From Balanoglossus misakiensis (lineage: Eukaryota; Animalia; Hemichordata): a stretch of 64,000 nucleotides of DNA. The stretch is from NCBI GenBank assembly GCA_040954595.2, contig CM082584.2:8141919-8205918 (forward strand), in the 5' to 3' direction. Positions 15,301 to 29,200 of this stretch are shown here, one piece after another. Both the position numbers and the translations under genes were made by a program. The first letter of the stretch is position 1, and every line of letters starts with the position of its first letter. The notes under the pieces are model-generated. The model searched no databases. It saw nothing but the letters and a program-made list of their open reading frames with translations, and was not told the DNA's origin.

Positions 15301-17937
15301 TATCGAAGGACGCGAAATGCATCTGCGAGAATATTTGCTACAGTGGTGGAGTGGATTGTGCTGGGGGCTCGCAGCTGCATCTGTATCGTGTGGCAACAAT
15401 TTTGTTTTTTGCAGAAATCGTGCTGTGTTTCATGGCGATCCCCCCCCCCCCCCCCCCCATCAAGAGATGTTGTTGTTCGTCACCGTGGAAAAGAAACAAA
15501 TGCCACATACAGTATGATTAGAAACAGCCATTTGAAAAATAAAAACCAACAACCTGGTGTAGGGAATCGTGTAGCACGCATTAAAAATATGGTGCGATTT
15601 CTGCACTGTGCTTTGTAACGTTTTTGATGTGCAGTGAAACATTTATGTACCGTGTTAAATTTCTGGCCGCAATGAAATTTGATGGCAACAAACATATACT
15701 CAGAGATAACAGGAAAGGTAATGTAATATGCATTGTTGATCAGTATTCTGTGGCAGATCCTACGCAGCGATTGTGCGTGTAATTCTGTGTGTATTTCTGT
15801 CATTCTACGTGATTTATGTATATTTCATACATTCATCATGATGCATCTTCCCTTATCTAATTATACCACTATTATTTTTCTGATAATTAAAACATGGTCT
15901 TCTGTAAACATCTCAGTGCGATCTGGGAAAACTTCCGTACTGTAAAATTGGAAAAAAAATTCCACAAAGTCCTCAAGCCCACCGTACTGGCATTGTATGA
16001 TTTGTTTCTCTCAAGGGGGATATACGTTTTGATTAATTAACACACAAATCTAGGCCCTAGGCTTATTCTTATTCACTTAATATTACCGTATTCTACCATA
16101 AAAGCCAATAGGGCTCTGAGAAGGTAGGCATCACAAAGTCGTCTTGTAAAATTCATGATATACACTGATGCAGACTGTAAAACTTTTGTAAAAAAATGAT
16201 GACTTTTTCCTAGTAAACAGGTAAATCTCAGTAAATCATTTCTTGTTGGGCTAGAAGACAAACCAGCTTTCACAGAGGGCAAATATGACAAACAGCACTG
16301 GAGAAAAAAAACATAGCACAGGGACTTCGACAAAATGGCCGCCATATAGAGGTGGCCACTAACACAGGTTTAACAATGTAACAAATTTCAACCAGGGTAA
16401 AGAATATGAAAGAAATTTTATCTAGAATAAAAAAATGTGTAACAGGGTCAAAATATGTATGACAAAGTTTAACATGTGTGAGAATATTCTTGAAATCTTT
16501 TAAAATTAATTGAAATTGAAGAAAAAGCTATGAAGCATTATGGGTGCTGGACTGATATGAGGACACCCATGCAATCAGAACAAAGGTTACAAAAGTGTCT
16601 GACAATGGTATTACCAGCAGATCCACGATGTACATGTACTGGTATATTTTGACAGATACATGTACCCCTCTGCATATACCAGCACATGTATCTATATCAT
16701 TCTCCCTTCTTGTATTTGTTTATGAAGTGAACGTGATAGGAATAAGCTTTTAATAGTTTTCCATCTCGGAAAATATCTAGTCTGAAAAAATAATGATCAC
16801 CATGACTCAGCTTTCACTATCTTGTCAACGGACTCACTCCTGGCACTCTGTCACTCACCCACTCACTCACTGCCTGATTTGGGACAGGCTTTCTGTGCCA
16901 CAAATCAACAGACGTACATGTACCATACCGTATAGTGTGGTCACTTTGGTTATTTTGAGTTGACCAGTACCACCCACACAGGGCCGAGACCTCATTGTGA
17001 CGTACCGGTCAGTGGGTGCAGTGGAAACTACATACATCAATAGATACATGTATCAACAGCGGTCAGCCTCAGGTTCACTTGAAAACCTCACAGTTTATGT
17101 CCCACTTCCAGTGAAGTCCACTTTCATCTTCTATCAATCAACTCTGTTTCATTAGTCGTGGTTGGATGAACCCTGACCTGTGTGAAATCTGACGGTGGCT
17201 GTCCCGATTGAACTTGTAGAAAAGCTGACACTGCTTTTTCTCAAAGTTTCAGTCGAGCTTACCGGAGGTTCTTTGCAGTACAACGTTTATTTGTGGGCGT
17301 TTTAGAGGTGACAGAGTGCCGTGCCTCAGATAAATTGCATGAAAAGAGTGGAAATTGAGGCGTTGGTGTAATTTACAGATCTGACAGCAATTATACCTGT
17401 GGAATATTTGAACACGTGGGCAACATACATTTTTTTCCAATAGGTTCCCGGCACTTATTAGAAGTTAGGTGTAGCCGTCTGATTATATATTGTTGCTGCA
17501 GCTACAGACCTAACACATCATGTCATATTCCATATTCACTGAAATAACAAACCAAATCAGTCAGTTTCAACTCTATAATCCCAGTTTCGAGATGTCATGA
17601 TAGTTACAACTTCCATGGGTTGAAATTGAATATGACTTAATACAAGTCTTAGAAAAGTAATGACGTAGGACGCGCTGTCGTCACCTCTAAATAAAAAATA
17701 TGACCATTTTTTCACTTCCTGTTACAAACTGAAAAAGAAACCCCTCACCTAAATCTCTTAGCTTCAGAGTTTGACTTGCTCCTTCAGTCCATTGACAAGA
17801 TAGTGAATGGAATTGAGAAAATGTAATATTTTGTTGAAACTAGGCAATAACTACATGCACACAAGAAGACCAGACTTCAGTATTACCTACTGGTAATGGC
17901 TGCCAATTTGCGTTAGTCATTTCTTGTGAACAAATAT

Positions 17938-17964
17938 TTCTGGGAATTTTTAGTCTTCCAGGAA
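17938..17964. promoter_or_regulatory. Tandem STAT/GAS sites (TTCTGGGAA, 9 bp spacer, TTCCAGGAA)
   Basis: Two full TTCYNRGAA matches 18 bp apart. Confidence 0.45.
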
Positions 17965-19255
17965 TTGTATTAATCATTACTTAGCATATTAAACATTATT
18001 GGTGACATTCACACATCATTGTTCATGTACTGTTGTTGTAATTACATGTTAGTTACGTTGAAAAACTCTATCACCGTCAAAGTTTCTGTAAAACAGGCTG
18101 CGCGATGGTCTTCAGCTATTTGGCGAACTTGTTTGACATCAGGTGACAGGCGAGTAAATTGTTGTTCCAGATAACTTGGTAAGTCCCTATGTTACATGGT
18201 GTGAGTGTGTGTGGGTGGTCGTTGTGTGTGGACGCTAAGCTTAGCGCGTGGTTGTAGTAAAGTTTTCTTCCTCGTCAGTTGGCCGTAGTACGGTAGAAGG
18301 AAACAGCTGTAGATTTGCGGCAGATATGAAGGCAAACTTTTAAGGTACCGGTACATAAAAGTAGTATAACCTTGATCATTATTGTTTACCTTTTGTGTTC
18401 AGAACGTACTGATTAAAGTGAAAACAGTTCACTGTGTAGTTTTGAGTATACAGAGAATGTCGTCAACTTTTAGTGTTTTGGAGAAAAAAACTAAATAAAT
18501 TTTTACACTACCAAAGTATTTACTGTGTAAACATGATAGCAATTTCTGTACAAAATTCTTTATTATTAGAAGAAAAAATTAGGTGACTCATAAAAAACTT
18601 AAAATTACCCGAGCTTGTGATTGTCCTTATGTCCCATAGATATGTTACTATACTCACTATACATACCAGTACTATTTTGATCTTGCAGTAACATGCTATC
18701 TGTAGTAAGTCCGCCATATTTTTATACGTTTTCAAAATCCCATACAACTGTATCCCCTTGTCAAACTGTGGATATGTACAATCAGAAAAAAGATACACAA
18801 AATTGAGTGATTGACAGAAATTGGGGTAGTAAAAATTATTATTTTTCTATAGCGCTTCAACTGACAAAACACCTCAAGAAACTTCTATTTCATATCTCCC
18901 ACATTGAGAATAATTTACAGTACATTGTATTATATTTGCACCCTCAAGAAATCTTTAAGTTGAAACCAATATTGGCATTTTAGGAACCTCAGTGCAAATT
19001 TGAAATTGTAGTCGCGAAAGAATCATTATAGTGAATAAAATGTGTGACTCAATATTTCTAGCTACAGGGTACAATGTCGGTGATTCATATGTTGGGAGAG
19101 TTTGGTTCCGAGGAAACCTGAGTGCCCCGGGATTGTCGGAAAAGCTCCCTCTAGGAAGGTCACGCTGACACTGGATGTACCGCACAAGAAGAGTAAACGA
19201 CCTTTCATTCCTGTTTCGTTGAATTTGGGTCCCACCAGCCCAAGTTTTTTAAGTT

Positions 19256-19348
19256 TTAACCCTTTCACCACCATGGTTTGGTCCAAACCCATTGTTTCAT
19301 ACGGTAAACCTGGACCTCTGTAGAGGGAACTGGGAGTGAAAGGGTTAA
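19256..19348. mobile_element. TTAA-flanked mini-MITE (piggyBac-like CCC...GGG termini)
   Basis: TTAA CCCTTTCAC ... GTGAAAGGG TTAA. Related copies at 1585-1641 and, inverted, at 61929-62022. Confidence 0.7.
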
Positions 19349-22300
19349 AAGCAAAGAAGTGAAAGCCTACATGTAACTGGGATTGTGGGTGAGGGGGTGG
19401 GTGGGGGTGTACCAAGTCTAAAAGATTCAATTGATGCATTATTGAAAGCAGAGGTGTAACGCACAGCTGACCTTTTGTTTTCCTTTTGGTTTCCAGTAAA
19501 TAGGTCTGATCAGTGCCAATAATACAGACAAAAAATTAGTGGTAACTATTATGCCCCCCCCCCCCCCCCACCCCTCCAAATCGTGTCCTTCAACTTTTCG
19601 TATACATACACAAGACATATCCTAATCATTGTGTGTTCAAAAGTCCTTGTTGGTCTAACATGACGAGGTAAAATATGCACAGTCTGACTTTCTGTCAACC
19701 ATGTCATGAAGATCATTAATACATCCACGTAAATGGAACGCATGGCTTTTGTTCATAATGGATCTTTGCTAAAGTCCAACACATATGGTTTGGTTTCGGC
19801 AGATCGGTTTTGTCACAGGGAAATACCCCAGTTGATCATGTTTTTATAAAGAAATCGCGTGCGTATCGATTTCCGTGTTTCTGTTCTTGTATCAATTGAC
19901 GCCATGGCAGTAACGAGTGAGTCGGATGAACACCCCCCCCCCCCCCCATCTTGCAGTAATGATTGACTATATTCAACAAAAACGTCCATATCTGGCATAG
20001 ATCGTACAATTTGAAGCAAGGGTACATATTCTGTTTATTCTATTTTTCTCCAATCATTTCATCCTACAGTTTTGTCACATGTGGCGATATCTCTCAGTGG
20101 GGTTTAATGTGGTTTTTTTTTTATAACAGTGGGTTCTTCTTCAAATTTCTATTCATGGCCACGTCTGAAAGAAAAAAAATTGATGCATGATTATCCCTAC
20201 TTTTTTCGCTACTGTTATCCTAGTGGTACGTGACTGCTGGCATATTGTGCCCCGTGTTCTGTGAGGATCCATGTAGTTCAAGGCTAAGGTTTTTTTAAAA
20301 TGAAAGAAAAACGATACCCCGACCCGGAGGCTCTAATTCTGTGGAGTGTAATGAAAGCGACTGACTTCACTCAGAACTGCTGGAGAAGGTTCTTTGTAAT
20401 AGGTAACCATGGTAATGGGTCAACAAGCTCTACTTCTTTCTAAAAATGCAGGGTGTAAGTTGAGTTGTGACAACCAATCATTGAGCATATTTCAGTCAGT
20501 TTAACAATATGACTTACTTAATCCTTAGGAAGAAACAACCTAAGCCAAAGTCCTTTAAATAGGACATTTCACATAAATAAAACATGTACTCATCACTTCT
20601 GTGAAAATGGTCATTAGGAAGCCCATAAATTATCTATAAAGATGTACTTTATCCAATTAATGATCAATTATGCTGTACTGGAGACTGTTTAAACGTCATA
20701 TAAGATACAGAGTAGACTTAATATTGGAAGATGGATAAGGTTCTCTGTAGAATATGGAACAAGACCATTTGGCATTTGGCTGTGTGTAAATTACACGTGG
20801 CATTTCAAAAACAAAACTCTTGAAAGAAATAAAGGGAGACGCATACTGGCTCTGCAGTGTATAACCTAGTGTTTTGTTTGGCCCCGTGGTCGACGTCTGT
20901 GGGACTGATAATTGGGCTCTCTCCATTCTACTGTCTGTTCATCTGGAGCCAGCACTCAGTCACATATTTATTTTTGAAAAACTTTGTGCAATGACAATGT
21001 ACTAAGAGGCCCATATAAACATATATTTCTTTTGTGATATATTTAAAAGACTTGCCATAATGTAGGCGATGGGTGGCCATTTGTTTGTTTCCATGCAGTG
21101 CCCCTTACCCATGCCAAAACTTTGAATAAGGAAATGTGCTGTGATGTACCATATTTCTGCACAGCTTTTGTTGCTGTAAAGTGTGGTTGCTAGGTTGCTA
21201 TATTGTTCCATGTTTTTCAGGTTTAGCACTGTTCTTCCAAGCATGCTTGTAGTGATTCTGGATGGCAAGGTTATTGTTCAATGATGCGCACATACTGAAC
21301 AGCCGTGCACACATCAATTTACATGTATGTCATATGTTCCAATATGGCCGCCTTGGCAACCATTCCATTGTACATTTTTTGATGCCCAGAACTATATATG
21401 CACTTTCCTCATGCTTCATATGAGTTCGTTCATACTGGTAGTATGCATAGTACAGTACTGTACTATGAGGCATGCGTGTACAGGTACAGTAGTTGACTGA
21501 TTTCACTCCAACGCGATTTCCTTTCATAGAGAACTTTTTAATAAGAAATGAAATTCAACCTGACAGTTAGTGTGATTTCAATCATGTGTGGTTTTGAATT
21601 GTATAATTCTCATGTCGCAGCCAATATATGATACAGCCATTCCAGGAAATCATTGTGTGCCCTATTTTCAATTAGGCCACCGATATACATGATGTAGATC
21701 ATTTCCTTCTTCGGTCAGTGATCGTTAATGGCTCTGTAAAGTGGGAAATTAATTAATTCTGGTTAAGGTTGATCTAGGTGTCAAAGTATTTGAACCCAGA
21801 TAAACACAGCTAGGAAACTCGCTTTGGATGGAGTATGTATCACATCATATGTAGACTTTCTTGACAAGAATATGTTCAGGGGTTCTGTTCAGATTTTACA
21901 GTCATATACTAGTAAGCAAGTTTGTTATTGTGACCATTTGACTTTAAATATATAGAAGCGAAAGATCAGTTATGGCTGTGATGTTGAGTTATAGACTGAA
22001 CCCGATTCATTCAAAAATTAAACTCTAATTACTGAGTGATGGCCAAAAATTATATACATTTGCGCTCAAAATGACATAGTGTATGTATTTTACTGTATAG
22101 AAAGAGCAGAAAGTGATGTTGCCCTACAACTGGTAGTACGACACCTTTGCTTTGCAGGGGGTAACAGTAATGCAGGTAAACATGAATACCTGTAACTATA
22201 CCTCACAATGACAGCCATAGTGTACTTGTTATCTGTTCGCACGGCAATTATCGTCGAAACCGATGCAAGACGATACCACCTTTGGCAATGCTTCCGTTTG

Positions 22301-22557
22301 CAGAAACTTGAGATTCAAACCGATCCCTTTCGATGGAGGAGTACTTGATCATGCAGACAATGTGAGATTATCTCCCTCCCGCCCCCTCCACCGTCAGAGA
22401 TGGGACCCTCGCACTTAATCTGCATTTTTTTTAGACAAGAAATGAGACAATACCCTAAAGACTCGCCGTGACGTCAACAGCAACGAATCAGTTTCCTCTG
22501 AAATTTTGAGGAATGGGCCCCTACGGCTTCCCAGCAGACTGATATGTCGTTTGTTGG

Positions 22558-22755
22558 TTTAAAGGGACAAAGTCTCTCTCTCGCGCGGCCCTTTTTCCAT
22601 TAATTATGTTTGATTCAAGACACTATTAAAATGTTATTCTACATGTGGATATATAATAAACAACGTTCGACCAGACACAAGTTCCATCCCGTTTGTAGAA
22701 TATGAGAGTAAAAATCTCGCCAAAATGAATAAATGGTAAACACCGATTATTCGGT
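22558..22755 (+). repeat. Dispersed repeat family, copy 3
   Basis: Same terminus and internal atatgagagtaaaaatctcgccaaaatgaataaatggta block. Confidence 0.75.
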
Positions 22756-23456
22756 TGATTTTTGTCTCCACTGTACGCCATTTACCTGCGGACCACCATT
22801 TTATATGCCATGTCAAAGATATTAAAGATGGAGGATGCGTCGTTTTCCCTGAACTCGATATTTGTTTTCGTCTTATTAAAATCAAATCAGAGAACCTGTG
22901 TACATGTATGCATGTTCAGATCGATGACTGCATGCCTGCACACAGTTTCATCAATTGCCTTTAATGTATGCAGGCAGGCAGGCAACGATCAGCTCCCACA
23001 CGCGCCTACAATATATGGACTGAAGGCAGAGCAAGTGTAATCAGAAAAGCTTTTGTGAAAGATCACTGACCCTTCAGCTTGGAAGGAACTCCACCACTAC
23101 ATTAAATAAGAGGAAGTAAAAACAACCGGCAATCATCTTTAAAAGGGATGGCGATATCGTCTTTCTTGTCTGAGCTAACCTAAAAAGCTCATGAGGTGAA
23201 ATTATTTGTATCATTGGCATGCTTTTGCTTCCGAACTAAAATGTCACTTCACATAATTGTACTAGAATAGTTCAAGCAGTCTGCGTGTGTATGTAGTTTT
23301 CTCCTGTGCAGGTTTGGTGATTTATCTGTTGAGTCTTTCAGACAGTCACTCTCTTTGTAATCCTGAGACTGTAGGAATTAGAATATATACATGTACAGGC
23401 AATATTCCAAAGTACATTAGTCCATAGTCGGAGAGGGTTAAAAACCTTTTTTAATG

Positions 23457-23794
23457 TTAAGGTAGCGCACGCCTTGAAAATCGATCTTAAATTAAAACTG
23501 TTTCACATCTCTTGCTCAAAATAAACCTAATAGATTATCCTATCTCATATAAATTGAGCATTAAAATCTGTGGCTGCCTTGCGAAATTTTACATGAATTG
23601 TCTCAAATTTGAAATTCAAAATGGCTGCCAATCTGGGTGTTAACGCGAAGGAGAAATTTTAAAGTAGTGATTTTTATGAAAAGAAGACAGTTAACAGCCT
23701 GTTTTCTTCTTCATTTTCCTCACACAGCAAAGAATTGAAAGGTTTTGAGGACTATCGTTTTTTTCTTTCTTTCTCTGAGCACTTACTACCTTAA
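23457..23794. mobile_element. Degenerate TTAA-flanked MITE (GGTAG...CTACC termini, Kolobok-like)
   Basis: TTAA|GGTAG at the left and CTACC|TTAA at the right; only a short inverted match survives. Confidence 0.4.
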
Positions 23795-25208
23795 GTGGAT
23801 GACGTGTGTGCACTCGTTTTAGATACTTGCATAATGAGGATAATATAACATTTTTAAAATGATATTTTCTTGATAAGCAAAATAAGAAATGGTGAAAATA
23901 AACAGCCTGGCTGATAGAAATTGAGAGACGACACAGCCATCCATATTCAGTAAAGAACATGTCTGCGTGACAATTGTCCGAGTGCTCACTGCATGCTAAC
24001 AACAACAGCTATAACTCGCGCATTCTAAATTAATAGAAAATTTCACATCGCACTATACGTTACACCTTGATTGACATCATCAGCCTACTCAGAAAAGCAT
24101 AAAAGTTTCAGATGTAGAGCTCAATACTGCGGTTGCCATGGTTATGTAGGTTACGTGAAAGTGCATGATGACGTATTGATCTGATCAGATGGGGGTTGTT
24201 GGCGGTAGGCGTGTATTGATCACATTGTCGGAGACTGTCGGCCTGTAGAGAGACAGTTTTATACACACCCCATGAGGCTTCATACACTGTGCGTGCCGTA
24301 CACCATATAGCGAAGTCGAGCTGTTGCCATGCCGGTTGCCTGAACCAGGTAGGGAGGAATGTTTTGTACTGCGTTGTCGCTGACATCAATCCGTAATTCC
24401 TTCCTTCCTTCCTCCCCACCCGCAACCCCCCACCCAACTGACCTCCCCTTCCTGCTGGTGCCTATAGACCGTTTCCTGTATTTGATGTGAGGATTGATTT
24501 TGAGAGAGAAACGACGTCAATTCTGTGTAACATTGAGAACAAGGGAGATCTGATTACTTCACGTACATGTACATGTACAGTTCCTAACTGAGAATCGGGG
24601 AGGAACCTACCCTGCCCCACCTCGTTCCGAGTAGAAGAGTCCAATCAGCCCATTGAAAATACAAGGAACAAACCAAGTTTAGAGGGAGGTTAAGTGTGTT
24701 TTGAGTTTGAATGCAACGATTCAAATCCCACTGCATTGTTATTTGCTGATTTCTGAGTAATGCTTTGTATCTCTCGGACGGCATTGTTTGTCACGGCTGT
24801 TTGTTTGTCTTGAGCGCATCACTGAGTCTTCCCAAAGAGACCCTTGAGGGAAAAAAAAAGCATCCTTTTGTCCAAAACAAGATCCTGCCACTCGCTTTTA
24901 ATTATGCTTCAGCGGACTTGTTTTTCTCAGTAAATCTGTTGCTGAGTGCACTTTCGTGTCACGAGTTTCGACTCTAAGTAAACACGGAGTGTCTTCATTT
25001 GTGATGGACACGTGACGGACAGCGAGGGGTTGCACCTCTCTCATTAATTGTGTCCTCTCTCTGCACAAGATTCACCCGTTTTTTTATTGTACTTGACTGT
25101 TTCGCTTTCTCAGCCATTCAGTTTTTTTTTTTCAGATGGCAGTTTTGTTATCATCTTTAATTGGGTTTGCTTTTCATCTGTATCTAGTCTATGACTGTCT
25201 TGCCATTT

Positions 25209-25394
25209 ATGTAGTAAAACCTTTATAAACCGAACACCAAAGAGGCTAAAGAAATTTTTCAGTTTGTAGAGGTGTCCGGTTTATTGAGGTTCCTTTTAAC
25301 ATGTGGTTTTATGTCCAAAGGACAGGAAAATGTGTTTAGTGTAGATATAGGTTTCCAGATTAGACAGGGTTCGGTTTACACTGGTTTGACTGTA
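25209..25394. mobile_element. Degenerate pogo/Tigger-like MITE
   Basis: tgtagtaaaacctttataaaccgaac ... gttcggtttacactggtttgactgta imperfect inverted ends, with internal gaggtgtccggttta-type subrepeats. Confidence 0.5.
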
Positions 25395-26077
25395 TCACCA
25401 TCCATCAATCAGTATGTGCTTATAATTCTCTGTAACTATCACGCCTGAAGAAGTAGGTCTCTGCTGACATGTTAGTCTCCTTGCATTGCACTCAGATATT
25501 GACTGATTGTATTTAATCGATACATCGTACATCAGCTTCACAGTAAAGAGTCTTGGTTTAACCCGCATTTTGTAGTTTTTTTCCGCGGTGCTTCTGCGTG
25601 CCCGATAAATGCTAAATTCCATCTTCCAGTTTGGCTACAGTTGGAACATGCGTGTGAGACGAGCCACGCGCTTCAAAGTATAAGGATATAAAATAATATA
25701 GGCCGGGATGATGATGTTCAGTCGGCTGTTATGTTTGCACAGAACTTAAGTACGTACTTCATGTGAAAGTACTGTGTAAATGAAAATTTATAGTTTGCTG
25801 GGCCACTTTGCACAGGTTGTCCGCTGGGCGGCGCTGAAAATATAAATGTCTGTCATCTCAATAAAATGTCATCAGGTTGCCAGTTGAAGATTACGAATAA
25901 TGTCGAGGTAGTTGAAGTAGTGCGATAACTGTGTAAAGAATAAAGACCCTTTTGATCATCTTCTGTCAGCAGTATTATGTGCTGAATGGAAGGTTCAGTT
26001 AATTTTTTGTCCACACAAAATAAATCTGCCATCATTCGGTAGTTGCAAGGTGTCTAGCCCTATCGAAAACCTTTCTT

Positions 26078-26255
26078 ATATAGATATCTATAGAATTCAA
26101 TGGCTGACAGAATTTCTCCTGAATTTTATAGAATTTCTATGAATGTCCATAGGTATCTATGTACCGGTAGTTGTTGATCCTTTTTTGGTTGAAAGTCTAT
26201 GTTAAAATCTATAGAATGTTATTGAAATCTATAGAATTCTATAGAAATCTATAGG
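26078..26255. repeat. Degenerate TCTATAGAA minisatellite / low-complexity tract
   Basis: Repeated palindromic tctataga units. Confidence 0.6.
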
Positions 26256-29200
26256 ACGATTTTTGACAGTTATAATGTAATACAGCTGAAAGGTTGTTAG
26301 AGAGATTACACCATGATGCCGACAGAGGATAGATTTTGCTGTCATAAAATTTCATCGATTCTCTCAGAGTTTTGATCCCATAAAATAAAATCATATGATA
26401 AAACAAATACTGCCGTACAACGTACATTAAAATTCCCTTGACAATTAAGAGCAACCTGTTGCACAAAATCGGATATATGAAATGTGTCGTGCAGATCATT
26501 TTAAGCAGGGTTAAAACTTCCGACAAAGTATTAACCGTCTTTCCCAAGAGAGAATCTTCAAGGAGAGTGTAATGGCACAACCCTCGCACAGAAAGGCAAT
26601 TAATAGGTTAGATTTTAGGTGTTAAGACTCCTCAATACTGTCGCTTTGGACATCATTAGAGTCGGTGTGCCCGTCTTCGTTTCAATATGGAGAGTTTGGC
26701 CTCGAGGCTAATAGATTCTTTAGCAAGTGAACCCGTCTGTTGAACTGTGTAATATCTGGTGTGAATGCCAATAGAAGTGGCAGAGATTGAAAATACGGCC
26801 CATTGATATATTTTGTTTGTAAGAATCTACTCATCACGGGATCTCAGTGACACCTGTGACCGGGTGCAATGGCATGTAATTACCCATGGCATTATATCAA
26901 TGTCTGGTCCTTTCCTGCTTTCTCGGCTCTGCTCGCCGCGCAAAAATAATGCAGACAGTAGTTGAAGTTCGGAAACATATTTTTGTGACTTGTTTGTGCA
27001 GGTGGGTGGGGGGGGGGGGTGAATGACAGATAATTTACCACACAATGACTGCTCCTACCAAATGTCATAGATTGTCTCGGATAATAGCAAAGAATTGACA
27101 TTTTTGTGGAAGTCTGTCTCGGAGACGCATACTACCGGTACCTTTATAAGTGACAATTTTTTTGTATGCGGTATTCCTTCCTTCCCCCTAAAAAAATGCT
27201 GTAACTGTACACTTGCATCAAAACCAGGCTTCCAGCAAGGCAATTATGTACATGTGCCTAATTGTCATATTCTGTCGTCATGGGTCGTTCGAAATCAGCG
27301 ATCAGTGAAATACTACTCAGATGACACCATTTCAGTTGGTGAAAGGTTATCTGTTCCGCGACGTGGGGGGAAATCGTGCGGCGCAAGAAAGTGATATGCC
27401 AGTATATTCTCAACATTTCGCGTGTATCAACTTATGTGTGGGTGTATATATGCACACATCTTCGGTTTCACTTTCAAAATAATTTATCATGCACTAGGTT
27501 GGGTCTGATATGGAAATTGGTGAAATTAAAATTGATAATAATTGTATTTCAACCTGGTGCTTTGACCGTACTATCAAAACACGGATAATCGTTTTTGCAC
27601 GGAACGAAACCCAGAAAAACTTTGTACTTATTGTGCAAATAGAAACCTTAGATTGTGTTACCAGGGTTCAAATGTGAATGAATTGGAACTTCTCCAACGA
27701 CACAAACATGGAGTTGTTATGAAACTTTAGTGGTGTTAATGTTCTGTGGATAATCCATGGCACCAAAACGCCTGTTTAATTGATGTCATTCCAAATTTCA
27801 TTCACCTTGGCACCGTTACCACTGGTGCATGTTGTTGTAGACCTGACCAGAAAAAAATATTATCTTTTTTCCGGTAATAACAGCAAAAAAAACTTTTGCA
27901 TTTTTGGCTCACAGAGATGAGCATGGAACTACCAACTGTGAAGTGTGCGCCACGCTTCAAATATTTTGAGAAGTGTAAGTTTCGCTTCAGATGTTCTTGA
28001 CATTAAAATGCTCAACCATTACTGATAGCCAGGCACGGAAATGAAAGTTGAAGCGTGTATTATACATGTTAATGTAGGTGTGTCAATGGAGAACACCCAC
28101 TCACCCAGAGTTTCTGAAAGTCTTGGCCTTTTTTTCCCATTGTCCATGTTCATCATACTGACACAAGCACATAAATTCTCAGCAAAGTACACATCCCCTT
28201 GAAAACCTGCGCATTGCAGCTTTTTTCTTGGTCGATTATGTACTGCACTTGAAAAACCGGTATCAGTTATTTGTGGTCTCACACTGATCAATTTCCTACA
28301 CCGACCCAGCCTATGGCTCCTTCCAACCAGATCCCAAAGCAATCAGGTTTGTATTTCATGAGTTATTGATTTGTGACCATATCCTTATATCCACATTTTC
28401 ATCTCATTTGCATTATTTTGATGGTGACTCAATCATATCTACCCGTACATTCCAGAATACCCAAGCATTTTGACAAATAATCCTCTGAAGTCACAGAAAT
28501 GTGGCGAAAGTCTAGCTTAATACCAGTACTCACTCCTAGCATAAGTTTGAGTGTGATTGATTATACGAGGAGCCCCAGATTACAACCTGGCTTGCTGGTG
28601 TTTTTTACCAAACAGTCCTCGCAGAACTATGTCCCTTAGGCTCATACAACCCATTACCTTAATTTTGAAATTTCAATCAAGAAACAAGTTTTACTGCGTT
28701 GTGCATATTTTGACTTGTCAATGAGCCTCACTGGAAACCGCATAGTTATGACCATCTATTTAGCCAGCTTATCACCGTGTTACGTTGTGATTTGAACATT
28801 CAATTTGATCCTCATGGCAACAGTCAAGATCGTCTCGTTTGGAAGGAAGTTGCCATGGCAGTGTTATTGATTTGAAGTTGTTTTCACGGCGATGATCGCA
28901 CCGTGACATGGCGCTGACATGATGAAACGCATGCTTTCTCGTGTGTAACAGTGTTCTCTCTCAACGTTGAACTTAATTGACCGAATTACAAATACAAATA
29001 GACTTTGTAGGTCATAGACCAGCATATACCAGCATAATCTGAAGCAATGAGACATATGTTACAGGGCTACGTTCAGTCCAGGGTGTCTGTTTTCACACCT
29101 CACTATCTGCCCGGTTTATCAGTGGAAAACTGGTGCATGTAAGCAACAAACAGTCTGGTTCATTTCCAAGATTGATGATGCCATAAAATACCTTATGTTT

